This document shows, piece after piece, positions 1 through 8,148 of a DNA stretch of 57,447 bases (position 1 is its first letter; every line of letters begins with the position of its first letter). Location: positions 1 to 57,447 of IMG/VR virus record IMGVR_UViG_3300012931_000003, one strand, 5' to 3'. The DNA is from a virus. Taxonomy: Duplodnaviria; Caudoviricetes. The notes beneath the pieces are model-generated. The model was not told where the DNA came from. It saw only the letters and a list, made by a program, of their open reading frames with translations, and made no database searches. The translations under genes and the position numbers were made by a program.

Positions 1-837
1 GCGTGGTCTCCGGAACTTGGGTTGTTTGTGATGACCGCATACGGCAGTACTGTTTGTGCAACATCCCCAGACGGAATAACATGGACTGAAAGGACCATAT
101 CGGCAACGTCGAGAAACTGGCGTGGAGTCGCGTGGTCTCCGGAACTTGGGTTGTTTGTGATGACCGCGTCCAGCGGAACTTTTTGTGCAACATCCCCAGA
201 CGGAATAACATGGACTGAAAGGACCATATCGGCAACGTCGAGAATTTGGTATGAAGTCGCGTGGTCTCCGGAACTTGGGTTGTTTGTGATGACCGCGTCC
301 AACAGCACTGTTTGTGCAACATCCCCAAACGGAATAACATGGACTGAAAGGACCATATCGGCAACGTCGAGAAACTGGTGTGGAGTCGCGTGGTCTCCGG
401 AACTTGGGTTGTTTGTGATGACCGCATACGGCAGTACTGTTTGTGCAACATCCCCAGACGGAATAACATGGACTGAAAGGACCATATCGGAAACACCTAG
501 AGGCTGGTACGGAATTGCGTGGTCTCCGGAACTTGGGTTGTTTGTGATGATAGCATACGGCAGCACTGTTTGTGCAACATCCCCAGACGGAATAACATGG
601 ACTGAAAGGACCATATCGGCAACGTCGAGAGACTGGCGTGGAGTCGCGTGGTCTCCGGAACTTGGGTTGTTTGTGATGACCGCGTCCAGCGGAACTGTTT
701 GTGCAACATCCCCAGACGGAATAACATGGACTGAAAGGACCATATCGGAAACACCTAGAAGCTGGTACGGAATTGCGTGGTCTCCGGAACTTGGGTTGTT
801 TGTGATGATAGCATACGGCAGCACTGTTTGTGCTACC
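1..837 (+). repeat. Tandem 129-bp (43-codon) near-identical coding repeats; 7 units counting the partial unit at about 57290-57331
   Basis: Units start at 1, 130, 259, 388, 517, 646 and 775. Confidence 0.95.
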
Positions 838-1203
838 TACAAACTATATGATTATCAGAAAGTTGCAGGGTATCCACAGTCAGGGTACGTCTCCGGTAGA
901 GGCTGGTGGACGAAGTTCGCGGACGGGACGCTGATTCAGAGAGGCAGTAATGATATGACAGTTGCTTTGGTTAATCAAAACATTGGAACATATGGATGGT
1001 CATACTACGTGGCAGGCCAGGCTATTCTATTTCCTTTAGAGTTTTACGGAACTACTGATGATTTTGATATAGCCACATCTTCCTTTATGGATTCTGGGGC
1101 ATTGAAGTCGCAAGGCGTGACAGGAGTTTATTTATACCGAAAAGACATATCCGGCACGACGCGCGCCGTGTCGTGGATCGCAATCGGAAGGTGGAAGGCA
1201 TGA
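1..1203 (+). CDS. C-terminal part of the receptor-binding protein: 43-aa beta-propeller-type repeats plus a gp53-like C-terminal fibre domain
   Basis: Repeats AWSPELGLFVM..TSPDGITWTERTIS carry an Asp-box/BNR-like S-x-D-G-x-T-W motif. The C-terminal GWWTKFADGTLIQRG...WIAIGRWK motif is typical of tail-fibre gp53-like domains. Confidence 0.8.
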   Translation, partial: AWSPELGLFVMTAYGSTVCATSPDGITWTERTISATSRNWRGVAWSPELGLFVMTASSGTFCATSPDGITWTERTISATSRIWYEVAWSPELGLFVMTASNSTVCATSPNGITWTERTISATSRNWCGVAWSPELGLFVMTAYGSTVCATSPDGITWTERTISETPRGWYGIAWSPELGLFVMIAYGSTVCATSPDGITWTERTISATSRDWRGVAWSPELGLFVMTASSGTVCATSPDGITWTERTISETPRSWYGIAWSPELGLFVMIAYGSTVCATYKLYDYQKVAGYPQSGYVSGRGWWTKFADGTLIQRGSNDMTVALVNQNIGTYGWSYYVAGQAILFPLEFYGTTDDFDIATSSFMDSGALKSQGVTGVYLYRKDISGTTRAVSWIAIGRWKA

Positions 1204-1287
1204 TGCATCAAATACAACTTGAAATATTTAAAGAAAAACAGAGATGTATAAACAAAATATCAAAAATAAAATTTAAATCAAAGGGGC

Positions 1288-1674
1288 TTGGCAAAAATGC
1301 TTGATGCTATATTTAAGACTGTTTTTAGTACACTGTCGGTGTCGCTAATAGTTTATATTATTAGTAAAGTTGTTGTCAGGTTCACATTGCCAATAGAGCT
1401 GAAAACAAGGCTTGATAAATTTGAAAGCAAGTTCGATGAGTTTAGTAAAAAATATAGTGAAGGGTCAGAAAGAAATAAGGCATCTCAGGTTGCTATGTTC
1501 ACAATGCAGGATATACAATTCGACGCAATGAAAAGTACGAATGGTGCAATACGAGAGCTTGCGAAAAGCGTGTGCAATGGAAATAAAGAAGACGCAATCA
1601 GGTTGTGTAATGAATCAGACAATGATATAAGTAAAGGCAAGGAGATACGACGTTCGGTAAGCATAGGAGTGTAA
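1288..1674 (+). CDS. Membrane protein at the start of the lysis cassette (holin/antiholin-like)
   Basis: N-terminal hydrophobic helix (VFSTLSVSLIVYIISKVVV) followed by coiled coil; lies between the RBP and the lysin candidate. Confidence 0.5.
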   Translation: MAKMLDAIFKTVFSTLSVSLIVYIISKVVVRFTLPIELKTRLDKFESKFDEFSKKYSEGSERNKASQVAMFTMQDIQFDAMKSTNGAIRELAKSVCNGNKEDAIRLCNESDNDISKGKEIRRSVSIGV

Positions 1675-1675
1675 T

Positions 1676-2242
1676 ATGATTAGAAACGATTGTAAGTTTG
1701 TTATACGAAGGAAGATGCCGTCTTACAACTTCAAGAAAAACATGAAGTCTAAAGATTCATGGGACGGTGACCATAATGCGCAGTACAACATGGAAGATGA
1801 TGTCTTGCTGCTAAAAGACGGCGTTGAGGTGTTCTCTTGCAAGGCTCAGACTGTTGCGAATATGCCGGGATGTAGGCATACCGATACGATTATGCCCGGA
1901 AGCGGCTCTATTAAATGGGACGTACCTCGCAGAGCGTTCAAGGGCCATGTTCATGGATTTGTTGGGTTCTACGACCAAGACGGTCAACTCATAGACGATA
2001 ATAGCGTAGAGCCAATAGAAGGAAAAGACGGATCGCCTAAAGATTGGGCAAGATGGATTTTTTGTCACTCTACGGCAAAGAATGATCCGGCTCCAGACGG
2101 AGAAGTGACAAGATTCGCTTGGTCTGCCGGTTGTACTATAACCACCCCAGAGAAACAAGCTGAGTTATTCGAAGTCGGGTCAAGTCTTGGTTTTAAGGCT
2201 GGTGATATAATACCTTGCAAGCTCATCGAAGTGGAAGGTTAG
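1676..2242 (+). CDS. Putative endolysin of L,D-transpeptidase (YkuD/Tlde1/DUF5675-like) fold
   Basis: H...WSAGC catalytic-type motif (CHSTAK...AWSAGC) and upstream TIMPG; occupies the endolysin slot before a holin-like gene. Confidence 0.55.
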   Translation: MIRNDCKFVIRRKMPSYNFKKNMKSKDSWDGDHNAQYNMEDDVLLLKDGVEVFSCKAQTVANMPGCRHTDTIMPGSGSIKWDVPRRAFKGHVHGFVGFYDQDGQLIDDNSVEPIEGKDGSPKDWARWIFCHSTAKNDPAPDGEVTRFAWSAGCTITTPEKQAELFEVGSSLGFKAGDIIPCKLIEVEG

Positions 2243-2243
2243 T

Positions 2244-2546
2244 ATGGACGACACGTTTGAGTTGATAAAGAAAGTAGCAGAGTGGCTTGACTCACTCGGA
2301 GTAAATCCGGTAAAGGTTGCAGGAATAATATTCCTAATGTGGGGTATAAAATCAGCAGACAAAAGAAAGAAGCTTAAGCCATTCTATGTGCTAATGACCA
2401 TGATCCCAGGCTCTATTGTATGTCTAATTACTGATAAATTCTCAGTAAATACGTGGGTACTCGACACGATAGTTCACTCTGCTGCTGCATCATTCTCATA
2501 CGCGATATGGGCTGCTGTATGGAAAGATAGAAAGAAGGAGAAATAA
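2244..2546 (+). CDS. Putative holin
   Basis: 100 aa, about 3 hydrophobic segments, highly charged C-terminus (KDRKKEK). Confidence 0.6.
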   Translation: MDDTFELIKKVAEWLDSLGVNPVKVAGIIFLMWGIKSADKRKKLKPFYVLMTMIPGSIVCLITDKFSVNTWVLDTIVHSAAASFSYAIWAAVWKDRKKEK

Positions 2547-3040
2547 TGTGCTCGAAAAACTTAAAAAAACTGCATTCATTTGTGGCCTTATTCTTGCTGG
2601 TATCATTATCGGCGTCATTCTCTCAGGCGCCTACTCAGGAAAAAATGTACGAGATCTCAGAGACAGACTTACTACGGTTACTGTGGATCGAGACTCGCTC
2701 AGGAGAGATCAACGCAGAGCTACAGAAAGCGCACGATCTGTCTATCGCGAAGTTAGGGAGCTTGCAGGAGGAGTTGCAAGCGCTACGCTTAGAGCTGAAC
2801 GAGCTGAAAAAGAAGGTGGAGAGCTTAGAGAAATCATCGTCGGAAGCGGTGGAAGCATCGCTGAAAGCGGAAAACTCTCTGAGGAAGCTAGAGGAATCCT
2901 TCGACGCGTATATGAAAGCGGCGGAAAGTAAAATAAAAGAGTTGGGCAAGAAGGCTTTTTTGTACAAGGTCCTAGCGTTTTTACTTGGAGCTGCTGCGGC
3001 TGGATTGGCCGCACATGACGCTCTAGAAGATGCGTTCTAA
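2546..3040 (+). CDS. Spanin-like protein A: signal peptide, coiled coil, C-terminal hydrophobic helix
   Basis: ATG 2546 after AAGGAG; FVALFLLVSLSASFS signal; heptad region; LYKVLAFLLGAAAAGLAA. Confidence 0.6.
   Translation: MCSKNLKKLHSFVALFLLVSLSASFSQAPTQEKMYEISETDLLRLLWIETRSGEINAELQKAHDLSIAKLGSLQEELQALRLELNELKKKVESLEKSSSEAVEASLKAENSLRKLEESFDAYMKAAESKIKELGKKAFLYKVLAFLLGAAAAGLAAHDALEDAF
2548..2931 (+). CDS. Spanin-like protein B (i-spanin topology), fully nested in another frame
   Basis: GTG 2548; TM helix AFICGLILAGIIIGVILSG followed by a helical/coiled-coil region. Confidence 0.6.
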   Translation: MLEKLKKTAFICGLILAGIIIGVILSGAYSGKNVRDLRDRLTTVTVDRDSLRRDQRRATESARSVYREVRELAGGVASATLRAERAEKEGGELREIIVGSGGSIAESGKLSEEARGILRRVYESGGK

Positions 3041-3220
3041 TCATCGCTCTTTTCCAGCCCTCTGCCTTTCAGCCCTCCTGGTCCTGGCCTCCCTCTTGGA
3101 TATGTAATCCCTCATCGCTGTGACTGCCATGAACTTTACGTTCTTCTCATTTCCCTCGTCATAGACGGTGAATCGGGAGTAAAGATCGTCATCAATCGTC
3201 AAAACCAAAGTCTTTGCCAT
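3041..3220 (-). CDS. Ribbon-helix-helix (Arc/CopG-like) regulator, 59 aa, not in the ORF track
   Basis: Translated by hand: MAKTLVLTIDDDLYSRFTVYDEGNEKNVKFMAVTAMRDYISKRE...; GGAG RBS; strand-helix-helix pattern. Confidence 0.6.
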   Translation of the reverse strand: MAKTLVLTIDDDLYSRFTVYDEGNEKNVKFMAVTAMRDYISKREARTRRAERQRAGKER

Positions 3221-3355
3221 GCCTCGTTCTCCATTTTTAGGTAGACTGTAGAGCCTTCCTGTATGATATGCTTATTTCTTCGCAGTCCTGCGTAATCCTG
3301 CGTAGAACTCACACCACAGAGTGTACACCACAGACGGTCGAAAGTCAACGTTTTC

Positions 3356-4903
3356 TCACTTCAGCCTGGATACAACCGAAATAGCCTCTCGAAGCTCAAA
3401 AATGCTCATTTCGTCCACGTGCTTGCGTATCAGTTTACCGTCTTCCCCTCGACCGTTGTTTATTTTCAGCTTGATCATGTCATATATGAGCTTCCGGCGC
3501 TTAACCGTAGCCGTGTTTATCCTTACGCTATCCCCATCTATGTCGGCCATGCTCTTCATATCTAAGTATTTGCATATAGCATCATCTAGATCCTTTCTTA
3601 GCTTGCGCTCAAGACCGGATACGGTCATGTGGTCGTTTACGATGTGGAACCCGGTTATCTCGGTGTAGATGGGATTCACGCGTGGCTTGGTATTGAACGG
3701 ATTGGGATTCTTGCTTCGTTCGTCAACTTGCCTGTCTTTTGAGGCATGGATTACTTCGTGTTGGATGTCGCTTACGACTTCTAATAAAAGACTGTCAGCA
3801 GGGGCGAACACGTATCCCTTGTCTTTTCCTGAGGCTAGTCGCTGGCATCTCGCTATGGCTTGATTTATCCATGATTTTGAACGTATGTGAGTAAGTAGGG
3901 CTATATGCGATATGTCTGGAACGTCAAGTCCCTCATAAGCTTTAGCACAGCTGCATAACGCATCGAATTTGCCATTTTTGAATAAATGTATATTTTCATC
4001 TGACTCGCTATCCTCTGACACGGATATTGTTGCGTTTATTCCTCTCGATATTAGATATTCGAATGTTCTTCTCGTGCTAATAACATTAGAGTCAATTGTA
4101 AGTAATTTGCTTTTTTTATTTATGGTAGTCCTATATTCATTCCAGTGCTTTCCGCATTCATATAGTATGTTTTCTGCTGCCGTAGTTTTCAATGCTGAAG
4201 ACAATGCACTCCTGTCGTATCCAAGTTTATCGAATGATACTTCTTTGTCGTCCTTTATGTATGAACCGGACGAGTTGAAAAATGCAAATTGGATTGGAAG
4301 TATTACGCCGTCGTCCAATGCCTGTTGGCGAGTGTATGTTATCCATCTTGTTTTATCTGTATTTGTCTTGTCTGGCTTTCCGTTAATATAGGGTATGTTT
4401 TTTATAAAACCATTGTTAGTTTCAAACGTACCTGTCATTAATATTCGTATTTTAGCCATGTCTATTAACTTATAAACACTCTCTCCCCAATCTGCTTCAT
4501 CTATAAGATGATGGACTTCATCAACTATTATTCCAAAGTTTTTCTCTGAAAGCTCTGAAATATGAAGATCTGTATCTGACGATACTCCCTGATATGTCGA
4601 TATATACCCATCACAACCACGCAGTAGGTTTTTTGTATTTTGGGCCGCTCTAAGTATATTCCCATGATAAAATCTAGCGTCGAGACAATCGGATTCAAAT
4701 TGGTCTCTAAGAGATATTCTTGGAACTATTACAACGAAAAAATCAACAGATTTGTGTACCAATGTATTGAATGCTATCAATGCTGCGCTGGTCTTTCCTG
4801 AACCTGGAGTTGCATCTAATATTATGTTTCTTATTCCAGAGCCGTTATTTATATCACGGCATATAATCTCAATATCCTCCTGGTGTCTTCTTTTTATTAT
4901 CAC
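3356..4903 (-). CDS. Superfamily 2 (DExH, ResIII-like) helicase
   Basis: Motifs ATPGSGKT, DEVHH, MTGT, EGLDVP, QAIARCQR. Confidence 0.9.
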   Translation of the reverse strand: MIIKRRHQEDIEIICRDINNGSGIRNIILDATPGSGKTSAALIAFNTLVHKSVDFFVVIVPRISLRDQFESDCLDARFYHGNILRAAQNTKNLLRGCDGYISTYQGVSSDTDLHISELSEKNFGIIVDEVHHLIDEADWGESVYKLIDMAKIRILMTGTFETNNGFIKNIPYINGKPDKTNTDKTRWITYTRQQALDDGVILPIQFAFFNSSGSYIKDDKEVSFDKLGYDRSALSSALKTTAAENILYECGKHWNEYRTTINKKSKLLTIDSNVISTRRTFEYLISRGINATISVSEDSESDENIHLFKNGKFDALCSCAKAYEGLDVPDISHIALLTHIRSKSWINQAIARCQRLASGKDKGYVFAPADSLLLEVVSDIQHEVIHASKDRQVDERSKNPNPFNTKPRVNPIYTEITGFHIVNDHMTVSGLERKLRKDLDDAICKYLDMKSMADIDGDSVRINTATVKRRKLIYDMIKLKINNGRGEDGKLIRKHVDEMSIFELREAISVVSRLK

Positions 4904-5511
4904 TCGCCTATCTCTTCTCTTTTTTTGTTATATGCAAGTATTGCATCGCTTCTTTTCTTGTATCTTCCCAAAGATATTCTTTTTTTATTTATTTGTATTG
5001 AGGCGCTGAATAATTTTCTATCTTTGTCGAATGTGTATCCAGGAACCTTCCCACTTCTGTGTATTTTGCAGTTCGTCATGTTTATTCTTCTTCCGACTTC
5101 TCTCATATTGCATATTCTATTGTCGTCAACATCTCCGTTTATGTGATCTATTTCATTGGTTGGCCATTCGCCATAATATAAAAACCATGCAGCTCGATAT
5201 GCATATAAATGATATCCAAATAGCTCAAACTGCCTTCTTCCATCATCTGATTTTATTGCCCCTATTAACATTCCAGCTTTGCATCTGTTCGACCTTCTTT
5301 TTAGCCATGTTAATTCACCAGTAATTGAATTGTATGATATGTATTCATATATTCGGGCAAGAATTTCATCACTTGGAGTTTTGATAAGTATTGGCATATA
5401 CACTCCGTATCCTACTTCACGGACTTTTTCATAAGGCTTAACGCTGCGGATCTGGCTTTCTTCCTGTCTTTTTTGCTCATTCTTGGCATTGTCTTTGAAA
5501 GAGTAGCTCAC
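4900..5511 (-). CDS. HNH homing endonuclease with AP2-like C-terminus (true start may be ATG 5397)
   Basis: GEWPTNEIDHINGDVDDNRICNMR; C-terminal ASIQINKKRISLGRY. Confidence 0.85.
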   Translation of the reverse strand: MSYSFKDNAKNEQKRQEESQIRSVKPYEKVREVGYGVYMPILIKTPSDEILARIYEYISYNSITGELTWLKRRSNRCKAGMLIGAIKSDDGRRQFELFGYHLYAYRAAWFLYYGEWPTNEIDHINGDVDDNRICNMREVGRRINMTNCKIHRSGKVPGYTFDKDRKLFSASIQINKKRISLGRYKKRSDAILAYNKKREEIGE

Positions 5512-5642
5512 TTAGTGAGCATTATTTTCATGCCGCATTTCGGGCAAATACACGACTTTCCGTACTTTTCAAGCTCTTTCTTTACAAAATCAGCGTCGAA
5601 CTTATTCTTGCATTGAACGTATGGGCAAATGACGTTATCCAT
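5508..5642 (-). CDS. 44-aa zinc-finger protein, not in the ORF track
   Basis: MDNVICPYVQCKNKFD...KSCICPKCGMKIMLTK; AGGAGG RBS. Confidence 0.6.
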   Translation of the reverse strand: MDNVICPYVQCKNKFDADFVKKELEKYGKSCICPKCGMKIMLTK

Positions 5643-5657
5643 GAAAAGCCTCCTAGT

Positions 5658-5693
5658 AAAAAACGCCGCCCGACCTATTCAGGCAGGGCGGCG
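5658..5693 (-). terminator. Rho-independent terminator
   Basis: On -: CGCCGCCC...GGGCGGCG stem followed by TTTTTT, just after ORF 5717. Confidence 0.8.
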
Positions 5694-5716
5694 CTGCGCG
5701 TTGGAGCGGCCGACTA

Positions 5717-6118
5717 TCACGCAAACATATCGGAAGGTTCAGCGTAGCCCTGGTCGTTGGCGAGGGCCTGGAGCCTTCCGCGCGGATTGTAGGCTACCAC
5801 GTTGGTCTGGATCATAGTATTTGAAGGGATGAATAGGTTTCCCGCGATGACGGAAACGTTACTATTGGCGGGCTTGCTGCCGAAGAAAGGGCAGATAGGG
5901 GCCGCGAGAACGGCGGCGACCTGGATGGCTTCCGATTCGTCTCCGATGAAGGCGGGAGACGTGACGGCGGGCGCGAAGGTGATGACGTTGAAGTCTGCTT
6001 CGATGCCGAAGCTCACAGCGACATCTTGGGCGACCTTCTTGTCGGGAGGACTGGCGAACGCGGTGGTGGCGAAGATGATCGCCAGCGCCAAAGAAATAAG
6101 GAAAACCTTCTTCTTCAT
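5717..6118 (-). CDS. Exported protein of unknown function (own promoter and terminator)
   Basis: MKKKVFLISLALAIIFATTAFA signal peptide; AAGGAG RBS; GC-rich codon usage. Confidence 0.65.
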   Translation of the reverse strand: MKKKVFLISLALAIIFATTAFASPPDKKVAQDVAVSFGIEADFNVITFAPAVTSPAFIGDESEAIQVAAVLAAPICPFFGSKPANSNVSVIAGNLFIPSNTMIQTNVVAYNPRGRLQALANDQGYAEPSDMFA

Positions 6119-6321
6119 AGCATCTCCTTGATCTGATATGTAGCGAATATACACCCGCTACTTAGTATTGTCAATAGTCTTTTCTTTTGCAAGCTCTTCT
6201 TTTGCAAGAATTCTGCAATCTTTTTTGTTGTCTTTCCACTCGCACTTTGAACACGATAAAGTGCAGGCTTCTTTGAATGAAACATTGCGAGCTAGTTTTT
6301 CCAGGTCTTCCTTACATGGAA

Positions 6322-6612
6322 TCACTTCTTTTCTCCTTTCATGCCGAACCACATCAGAAATAGCAGGCAGCATCCAGCGTGAGCAAGATGTGGAAGACCG
6401 CTCTCCTCGTCGATGAATTCTCGGCATCTCCACGCATAGATATGACGCATCATTGCGGCGTAGTAGCGCTCTATGGGGTTTTCTACCTTCTGCCAGTTGT
6501 CAACCTCATACTTTTGAGCGCCGAACGTAAGGACTCGTACTATTTGCTCCACCTATTTGATGGGAAGTAAGTTCCACATAGGCTTCTTTTGGTCGTACTT
6601 TTCGCCGTTCAT
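6322..6612 (-). pseudogene. dATP/dGTP diphosphohydrolase-domain (DUF5664-like) gene with an in-frame TAG at codon 20
   Basis: ATG 6612 overlaps the thyX stop (ATGA); MNGEKYDQKKPMWNLLPIK*VEQIVRVLTFGAQKY...ESGLPHLAHA. Confidence 0.7.
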
Positions 6613-7241
6613 TCCGGTTCCCCCATTTCAAATACTTCAGGATATTTATTTCTCACTTCGTTGTAAAGAGGTATCATAAGATCGCGCATCTGAGGATGAG
6701 CGGCTTTGCTGATGGCGCGAAGCTTGAAGATGTGGCGCCACTCGCGGAAATTAGCCGTGACGACTATTTCTGTTTTGAGGGAGTTGGGGAGGACTGATCG
6801 AGCTGCCTGCGGAGCTAGGCCATGCTCTATCATTCCGAGATAAGTTTTTTCAGCCAGGATAACCGAATACCACCAGCCATATTCTATGTCGTTGAAATCT
6901 TTTTTATTTTTGTGTTCAAAAAAGTAAGGAAGGATGCATTGTATCTCGCTTCCAAATTTTCCTTTTGAGTAGTTCACGAAGCGGGTACTTTCCTGAGTGA
7001 AAGACGCAACCCTATGCCTGACAATCTCATGAGAAACCCCGCGATCTGTTACGAATAAAACGGACATCATGGAATGCTCAAGAACTGCCGTGTGATCGCG
7101 CTTGGCGATCATTTTGATGAAGTCTTTGTACGAGTCGTCGGTGATTTTATCCTCGGACTTGTAGGCAACACGACCAGCTAGCTCGATTAGTCTAGGATCT
7201 GACATTTCCAGTATTCTGTAGGATTGTTCAACGATCTTCAT
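6609..7241 (-). CDS. thyX: Flavin-dependent thymidylate synthase
   Basis: HEIVRHRVASFTQESTR signature; ARSVLP, NFREWRH; start placed at MKIVEQ. Confidence 0.95.
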   Translation of the reverse strand: MKIVEQSYRILEMSDPRLIELAGRVAYKSEDKITDDSYKDFIKMIAKRDHTAVLEHSMMSVLFVTDRGVSHEIVRHRVASFTQESTRFVNYSKGKFGSEIQCILPYFFEHKNKKDFNDIEYGWWYSVILAEKTYLGMIEHGLAPQAARSVLPNSLKTEIVVTANFREWRHIFKLRAISKAAHPQMRDLMIPLYNEVRNKYPEVFEMGEPE

Positions 7242-8148
7242 CTGATTCATCCTGTTCTTCATATTCATCAAGATGATCAGCCGCGAAGCGTATCATCTTT
7301 TTGTGCTTTTCTATTTCTTCGTCAACCTCATGGAAAAGATCCATGTCAACGTGGCGAAGAATAGCATCCTCTACGAGCTTGGACAGAACTGCCGGTTCGA
7401 GAGCGTCAAGCTCCCAGGAGGAAACTCCGTGCTCGAAACGGTACTTTTTGTACCTTGAGTCGGTGGTCTTGGCCGGATTCTCCGGTGGATTATATTTTCG
7501 GATTTGGTTCATGTTGAGGGCTTCGCGCTCTACGTTATTGAACGCTCCTTCTCCGTACAGGAATAGGCCCATGCGATCTTCGATATCCCTGGTCATATCC
7601 AGGCCGGAGGGGTCATGATCTCCGAAATAGATGACGAATACTTCCTTGTCGTCTTGTATTTTATTCTCAAGCCTCTGGTGAGCTTCATACATCGCGGACT
7701 GAGAAGAGTATCCGCGATTCGCCATGAAGGTTACGTCGTATTTTGAGCACACCGGCTGGAGGATGTTGCTCACGGCATCCTTCTCACACCACACCTCGAC
7801 GTACTGAGGCTGGATCTCCCAATGGTCCTTGTAGTAGCTGCGAGAGGACTCCCTGAGAATTTCTTCAGGACTATCCCAATGCTGACGACCCTGAGCGACC
7901 CTTACGCGGTCCTCGATGGAATCCCAATCGATTATGCCTGCGAGGCGAGCATTTGATACAAGATTTCCCATATTCGAGTATGACTGTATAGAATTTGCAA
8001 TATAGTCTCTTGAAACCATCTGGTAGTAAAGCTGGCGAAGGGTAAGAATATACCCTTGTGCCTCATACGAATTGATGACATCCATCACCTTATTCAAAAG
8101 GCTTTTGGATTTTCCGGCAGGACGCCAGTCGATAAAACATTCCTTCAT
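7228..8148 (-). CDS. TopoVI-A/Spo11-like WHD-Toprim protein (DUF2399/JetD-like Toprim)
   Basis: TLRQLYY, EVWCEKDA, YFGDHDPSG, WELDAL motifs. Confidence 0.75.
   Translation of the reverse strand: MKECFIDWRPAGKSKSLLNKVMDVINSYEAQGYILTLRQLYYQMVSRDYIANSIQSYSNMGNLVSNARLAGIIDWDSIEDRVRVAQGRQHWDSPEEILRESSRSYYKDHWEIQPQYVEVWCEKDAVSNILQPVCSKYDVTFMANRGYSSQSAMYEAHQRLENKIQDDKEVFVIYFGDHDPSGLDMTRDIEDRMGLFLYGEGAFNNVEREALNMNQIRKYNPPENPAKTTDSRYKKYRFEHGVSSWELDALEPAVLSKLVEDAILRHVDMDLFHEVDEEIEKHKKMIRFAADHLDEYEEQDESDEDR

Noticed and set aside
1-837. Diversity-generating retroelement target
   Set aside because: I see no reverse transcriptase or separate template repeat in the apparently complete genome. Only about 15 of 23 variable sites include A, and several are C/T changes.
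1-837. CRISPR array
   Set aside because: The repeats are 129-bp in-frame coding units without unique spacers; no cas genes.
6553-6555. Genome-wide TAG recoding (genetic code 15)
   Set aside because: TAG terminates other genes at sensible points (e.g. 2242, 21206, 30058), long genes are not fragmented, and there is no CUA tRNA.
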